Positions 59,812 through 64,000 of a stretch of DNA of 64,000 bases are shown one piece after another (within the stretch, counting starts at the first letter, position 1; every line of letters starts with the position of its first letter). The position numbers and the translations under genes were made by a program. The notes under the pieces are model-generated. The model had not been told where the DNA came from and ran no database searches. It saw only the letters and a list, made by a program, of their open reading frames with translations. This stretch comes from Adineta vaga (lineage: Eukaryota > Animalia > Rotifera), in the NCBI GenBank assembly GCA_021613535.1, contig CP075493.1:10850001-10914000 (forward strand). Direction: 5' to 3'.

Positions 59812-62499
59812 TCACGTATTGGATGAAAGAGACGGAGGGTTTTGCGCTTTGGTCCGCCCGTTCATCTCATACGTTTCCCTGTTCAACCACCAACTTTCTC
59901 GACGAGACACCATGCGCTGACAGTTCTTTACCATCTTTCGTTTCTTTAACGTGAAGATCAGCAGCGATAAAACGCAGATCATGCCAAATGTCAGGAACAG
60001 TCCACTCAGAGATTCAAGTCCCAAAGCCGTCGATGTTTCCTCTGTCTGAGAACAAATACTCGACTGAAACCATTTCTTCTTCAGTATGTCCAATGCACCT
60101 GTCTCCTGCAAAGAGAGCACATTCACATCCAGATCTTTCGCATAGAGCCATTCTTTCGGAGTGACGATTCCTAATGCACCCTTATCAAACTCCTCGCCGA
60201 CCAATGTTAGGTTGCAATAAATATTATTAGTAATATATTCTCCAGTACCGGCATCTATCATTGATGCATCAATCAAACCAGCCAACAGCTTGTCCAACAT
60301 TTCCTGTCGAGATTGTAGTGGATAGAAGTTTCGGCTGCCGCTAGATATCTCGCGCAAATAGTAGTCTTCGCTAGCTGTTCCCACCCAAATCCCAATACGA
60401 TGAAACGGAATTTTGCCGCTCTTCAGATCATCGACGCCGCTGATCATACCTCTCGACTTTGAGATCGTCAGGTCGGACGCTAAATTAGCTGTGTACGATG
60501 CCACTAAGACCAGACTGAGCACGTAGAGACCCGCACTGACCAGACGACCTGCTGCTGTTTGTGCATGAAAGTCAGCGCCATAGCCCATGATGCTACCGAA
60601 CGAGAACCATACGCTCAACGCCCCTATCGACAGCATCGAACGGTCCTGCAAAGTGTCGTTGTCGCGTCGCTCGAATAAACACAGCAGCAGACTGGCGAAC
60701 AGCGTTGCCGCCAATAGTAGTAGCCACAGACTCCACGAGAACGGCTTCAGGTACGAGAGTAGGTCTACATTGACGACAGGCGTCTTTCGCATGATGAGGC
60801 GCATTGAGTTGTCCGAGATGGCATTAGAGAAAGCAGCTATCTCTCGTCGCACACTCGTCACCGTCATGTCGGCAATGATGACGTCGTAATCGCCGTCAGC
60901 AAGTGCTTGCACAGCTTGGGTGTAGCTCAGATTGGACGGTACAAATCGAATGTCGGGTGCGAAGCTCATCTTAGCTCGCAGCAGCTCGATCAGATCGGGA
61001 ACATAGCCGGTAAGCTTGATGGTGTCCATGCCAGTAGCGTCGATGACATGAGTGACGATGGTGAAGGGAATAGACACGATCACGCCGATGCGCAGAGTGA
61101 CGCCTGCAAGCATCGCTCTGCCGGTGGGCGGGGTCAATGAATTACCTGGCCAGAAGATCACGTTCGTCTTTGAGGATGTTCCCCACTCAGAAGAATTTCC
61201 ATAAAACAGTATGGAACTGAAACTGATGTCAGTGGAGGTACACTGCACACCTTGTGCATAATAATACGATCCATCGATTCGATCTGTGACGTTCATGTCA
61301 AATGCAATGAGTCCCGACACGCCAACAAAGTGCATGGTGTTCATGATGCTGAAGAGTGACTCTGCATGTTCGAAGCGCCGACCGAAACAGAATGACGATC
61401 CATTTAACGATAAACACGGTCTCAGACTGCTCTCATCCGAAGGACACAGTTGTGCCTGTGCCAGAGCCTGAATTAGCAACCACGTGGCATCGAAGGCGAA
61501 CAAGGCATAGAAGTCCACTGCGGTCGCTCCAGGAAACGACTCAGGCTCGTGCTGCTGCCAGAGCTTCAAGGCTGCGTTCAGCATAGTGTTGTTGATTGGT
61601 GCCTCCACAACAGCACCAGTCACCGGCTCTACAGCCACGATGCCAATGAGCTTCGCATGGTCAGTACGATTGAAAGAATCCAGTGGTGTGTGAGACGTGA
61701 GGATCCAAGTGAAGTGAGGACCGAGCACGTCGGCGTCGATTGCGTCGTGAAGAATGCGAGCGATATATGAGACGTCAGCCCACAAGATGACGATCCGAGA
61801 GGCGCTGTTCCTCAGCGTCACCCGCAGGTTACCTCGCACACGCAATGTCGTTAGGTCGTAGACAAGCAGCTCTTGGACAGTCAAGGCATGCTTAGTGAAC
61901 GTCTCGCTGACGACGCGCGCGCCGCCCACGCCAAATGCATCGTTCTGATAGATTAGGATGCACGACGTCCAGTTATACCGAACGAACAGTTTCATTAAGA
62001 CCATCGCCAGGGTGTTATCTGAAGGGACCGTGCGATAAAAGGCAGGGTATGTCTGTCGGTCGGACAGGTCAGAGTCAGTTGCCGAGTAGGAGACGACAGG
62101 AATGCCAATGGTGGCGGCAAATGCAGCAATTTGGTGTGCTTCTCTCGAGAACGTGGGTCCGACGATGCCCATGGTATTCGATGACGACACAGCTTGACAG
62201 GTGGCGGCCAGAGCGCTGATGACGTTGCCGTCGGTATGGGCGGCTTGCCACCCTATTGATTGACCCTGAATAGTGATGTTGTATTGCTGAGCGAGGAGCA
62301 TAGCAGCTTTGAACATGGCACGCGAATGATCAGAGAAGTCGCTGGTTTGTGAGGCGTTTTCGGCATGCTCGAAGAGACCGAGAAGCTGAATAACGGAAGG
62401 ACTCGACGATGGCCACGTGAGCGAGACATTTGTCAAATTAATCAGTAGCAATAGTATACGCAATAGGAGGCATCGAAAGTTCCACCAAGATATGCCCAT
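59812..62499 (-). CDS. Ionotropic glutamate receptor-like channel with ANF-type amino-terminal domain and GYG pore, intronless
   Basis: Signal peptide; GPTFS/SYSAT/FYRTVPSD ATD; S1 (PF..GY..DL, D.TVT..R..FS); M1 YLKPFS..LW; pore WFSFGSIMGYG; M3 SYTANLAS; S2..KKKWF; M4 LSGLF. Confidence 0.93.
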   Translation of the reverse strand: MGISWWNFRCLLLRILLLLINLTNVSLTWPSSSPSVIQLLGLFEHAENASQTSDFSDHSRAMFKAAMLLAQQYNITIQGQSIGWQAAHTDGNVISALAATCQAVSSSNTMGIVGPTFSREAHQIAAFAATIGIPVVSYSATDSDLSDRQTYPAFYRTVPSDNTLAMVLMKLFVRYNWTSCILIYQNDAFGVGGARVVSETFTKHALTVQELLVYDLTTLRVRGNLRVTLRNSASRIVILWADVSYIARILHDAIDADVLGPHFTWILTSHTPLDSFNRTDHAKLIGIVAVEPVTGAVVEAPINNTMLNAALKLWQQHEPESFPGATAVDFYALFAFDATWLLIQALAQAQLCPSDESSLRPCLSLNGSSFCFGRRFEHAESLFSIMNTMHFVGVSGLIAFDMNVTDRIDGSYYYAQGVQCTSTDISFSSILFYGNSSEWGTSSKTNVIFWPGNSLTPPTGRAMLAGVTLRIGVIVSIPFTIVTHVIDATGMDTIKLTGYVPDLIELLRAKMSFAPDIRFVPSNLSYTQAVQALADGDYDVIIADMTVTSVRREIAAFSNAISDNSMRLIMRKTPVVNVDLLSYLKPFSWSLWLLLLAATLFASLLLCLFERRDNDTLQDRSMLSIGALSVWFSFGSIMGYGADFHAQTAAGRLVSAGLYVLSLVLVASYTANLASDLTISKSRGMISGVDDLKSGKIPFHRIGIWVGTASEDYYLREISSGSRNFYPLQSRQEMLDKLLAGLIDASMIDAGTGEYITNNIYCNLTLVGEEFDKGALGIVTPKEWLYAKDLDVNVLSLQETGALDILKKKWFQSSICSQTEETSTALGLESLSGLFLTFGMICVLSLLIFTLKKRKMVKNCQRMVSRRESWWLNRETYEMNGRTKAQNPPSLSSNT

Positions 62500-63589
62500 T
62501 GCCTAAGATCTACTCTTTCGTTACGATATCTACAACAAACGGTAATTAGACCTGATGTTTCTCATCCATTTCATATCGTATTTTGAATGCACGATGCAAC
62601 AGGAAAGAAGCTGATTTTTCGGAAGAAAAACGTATCGGTTGGATAATTCACTCACTCTTAGAAAATTGACACTCAACCTCTTTAGTACTCACAGCGAAAA
62701 GTTCAAGGTCCTACTTCATGATAAAAAAGGTGTTCCAAAAAGATATTTTCCAACTTTTAAATAGTGCTGGTCGCAGATAAAATCTTTCGTGAGTCAGTTT
62801 TTTCATTGCGAATAATGGTGAACGACTACCGTTGTGAGACAGGGTAAGATGAGTAAAGAGAGTGTAAAAGCAAGAAAACTGGAAAGCTGTTAGAGAACAA
62901 CAATAAAAAAAACAAGCACTCGGCAAGCAGGCATAGCAATGGGTAAATGGAAGAGAAACTAACAAAGAAACAAGGAGGCGACTGCAGCAGCTTGGAAGAA
63001 TATGGAAAAAGATGAAAATACTAAAGAGAAGAAAATGTTATCAACTGAGAATAAATGAAACCATCAACTTCCGGAAGTCAATCTTAGAATATAAAAAAGC
63101 AATTAACAAAAATGAATAATTAAAAAGAAAGAAATGATTACTGACTACAAGATCTTATAAGCAAAGCAATTAATACGCACGTCACATTTGTGATTCATCC
63201 AAAGTCATGACTTTTTTGTTTGTTTTATCGAAAACTCTATTGAATATATAAGAGTCTTATGTGTAGTGTATCATTTTTCTTAGGCGGAACAGTTATAGTT
63301 TTCGTTCGGGAGGTAGACACTTATTTATCAAGGATAATACTCGAAGGCTTCGTTACTGTATGTTCGTGAAAGAGCAATTGTTGCAACATCTTGAGGGTGT
63401 GGGTGTGGGTGGGTATTAGTCGAAGATGACACTCACACCTATCTGACGATGATTTTATTCGCAAAGTCCAAATTCAAAGTTTCCTAGGTTTCGTCATGTT
63501 CAGAACGCATGATTATAATAAAGAAATGGCACATTTGAAAAGTACGCTGTCAATTTCACGGCAATCGTTGTCAGATGATAGTATTCGTC

Positions 63590-63931
63590 TAGCATTAGTT
63601 TGGAAAAATATAGGTAGAGTGTATGGATGATACAGTAACAGCGCACCGCAATGTTGGTTGGATACATACTTCGATGGGAAATCATTCAATTGCACTTTTA
63701 CACGTTCTGAATGCACTCGAAATAAATGAAAAATTATTCGCAGGAAACCAGTTTGATCTTGCTATGATTTATCGAGAAAATGCAGTACTACATATGCAAA
63801 AGATACTGATCATACGAGCAGAAACCGTTTCACTAGACAATTTATATGACTGCAATCTTCATTTGATGATAGCAATGCGTTGTAATGAACTTTATCGTTA
63901 CGAAGAAGCCATACAACATAGAAAGCAATAG
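63590..63931 (+). pseudogene. TPR-repeat remnant
   Basis: LENIGRVY, HRNVGWIHTSMGNHSIAL..ALEI, LAMIY, YEEAI fragments with no intact upstream frame. Confidence 0.45.
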
Positions 63932-64000
63932 GCATCGGCTGTCATATCTTCGAACCGTCTAATCATTACTAGGGAATTCTTAATAAGTTTCTCGAAACGC

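Noticed and set aside
60587-62219. Several plus-strand ORFs inside the iGluR
   Set aside because: Expected antisense ORFs in a GC-rich coding region; no motifs.
62711-63500. Short ORFs and a GGGTGT tract upstream of the iGluR
   Set aside because: No coding signature, and the tract is too short to call a telomeric repeat.

Overview
Eukaryotic, very AT-rich (about 30% GC by eye), gene-dense DNA with short (about 50-65 nt) GT-AG introns. The gene families present are F-box/LRR, intron-poor orphan rhodopsin-like GPCRs, ADP-ribosyltransferase+TPR, a GYG-pore glutamate receptor and many bacterial/fungal-type enzymes. This mix strongly suggests a bdelloid rotifer (Adineta/Rotaria-like); that is an inference and the species cannot be determined. 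About 34 genes plus about 5 decayed copies are visible. More than a dozen look horizontally acquired, including an intact Bacteroidetes-like cobyric acid synthase (cobQ, vitamin B12 pathway), a T4 Rnl1-type RNA ligase that carries an intron, a PBP4b/YfeW-like serine hydrolase, an APH-type kinase, a GNAT, a class I aminotransferase, fungal-type ZIP and amino-acid transporters, DUF4419, a tocopherol-cyclase-like gene and a plant-type GH27. The most notable observations are: (1) cobQ embedded among intron-bearing animal genes; (2) an adjacent divergent pair of paralogous micro-ORFs sharing an inverted conserved upstream element; (3) the Rnl1 ligase ending 5 bp from a convergent gene; (4) a GC-anomalous block carrying an intronless iGluR with a K+-channel-like GYG pore; (5) an operon-like 111-bp junction; (6) a 60-bp hAT-type miniature element. 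No rRNA, tRNA or CRISPR was recognised. All family assignments come from motif recognition by eye, without database searches.
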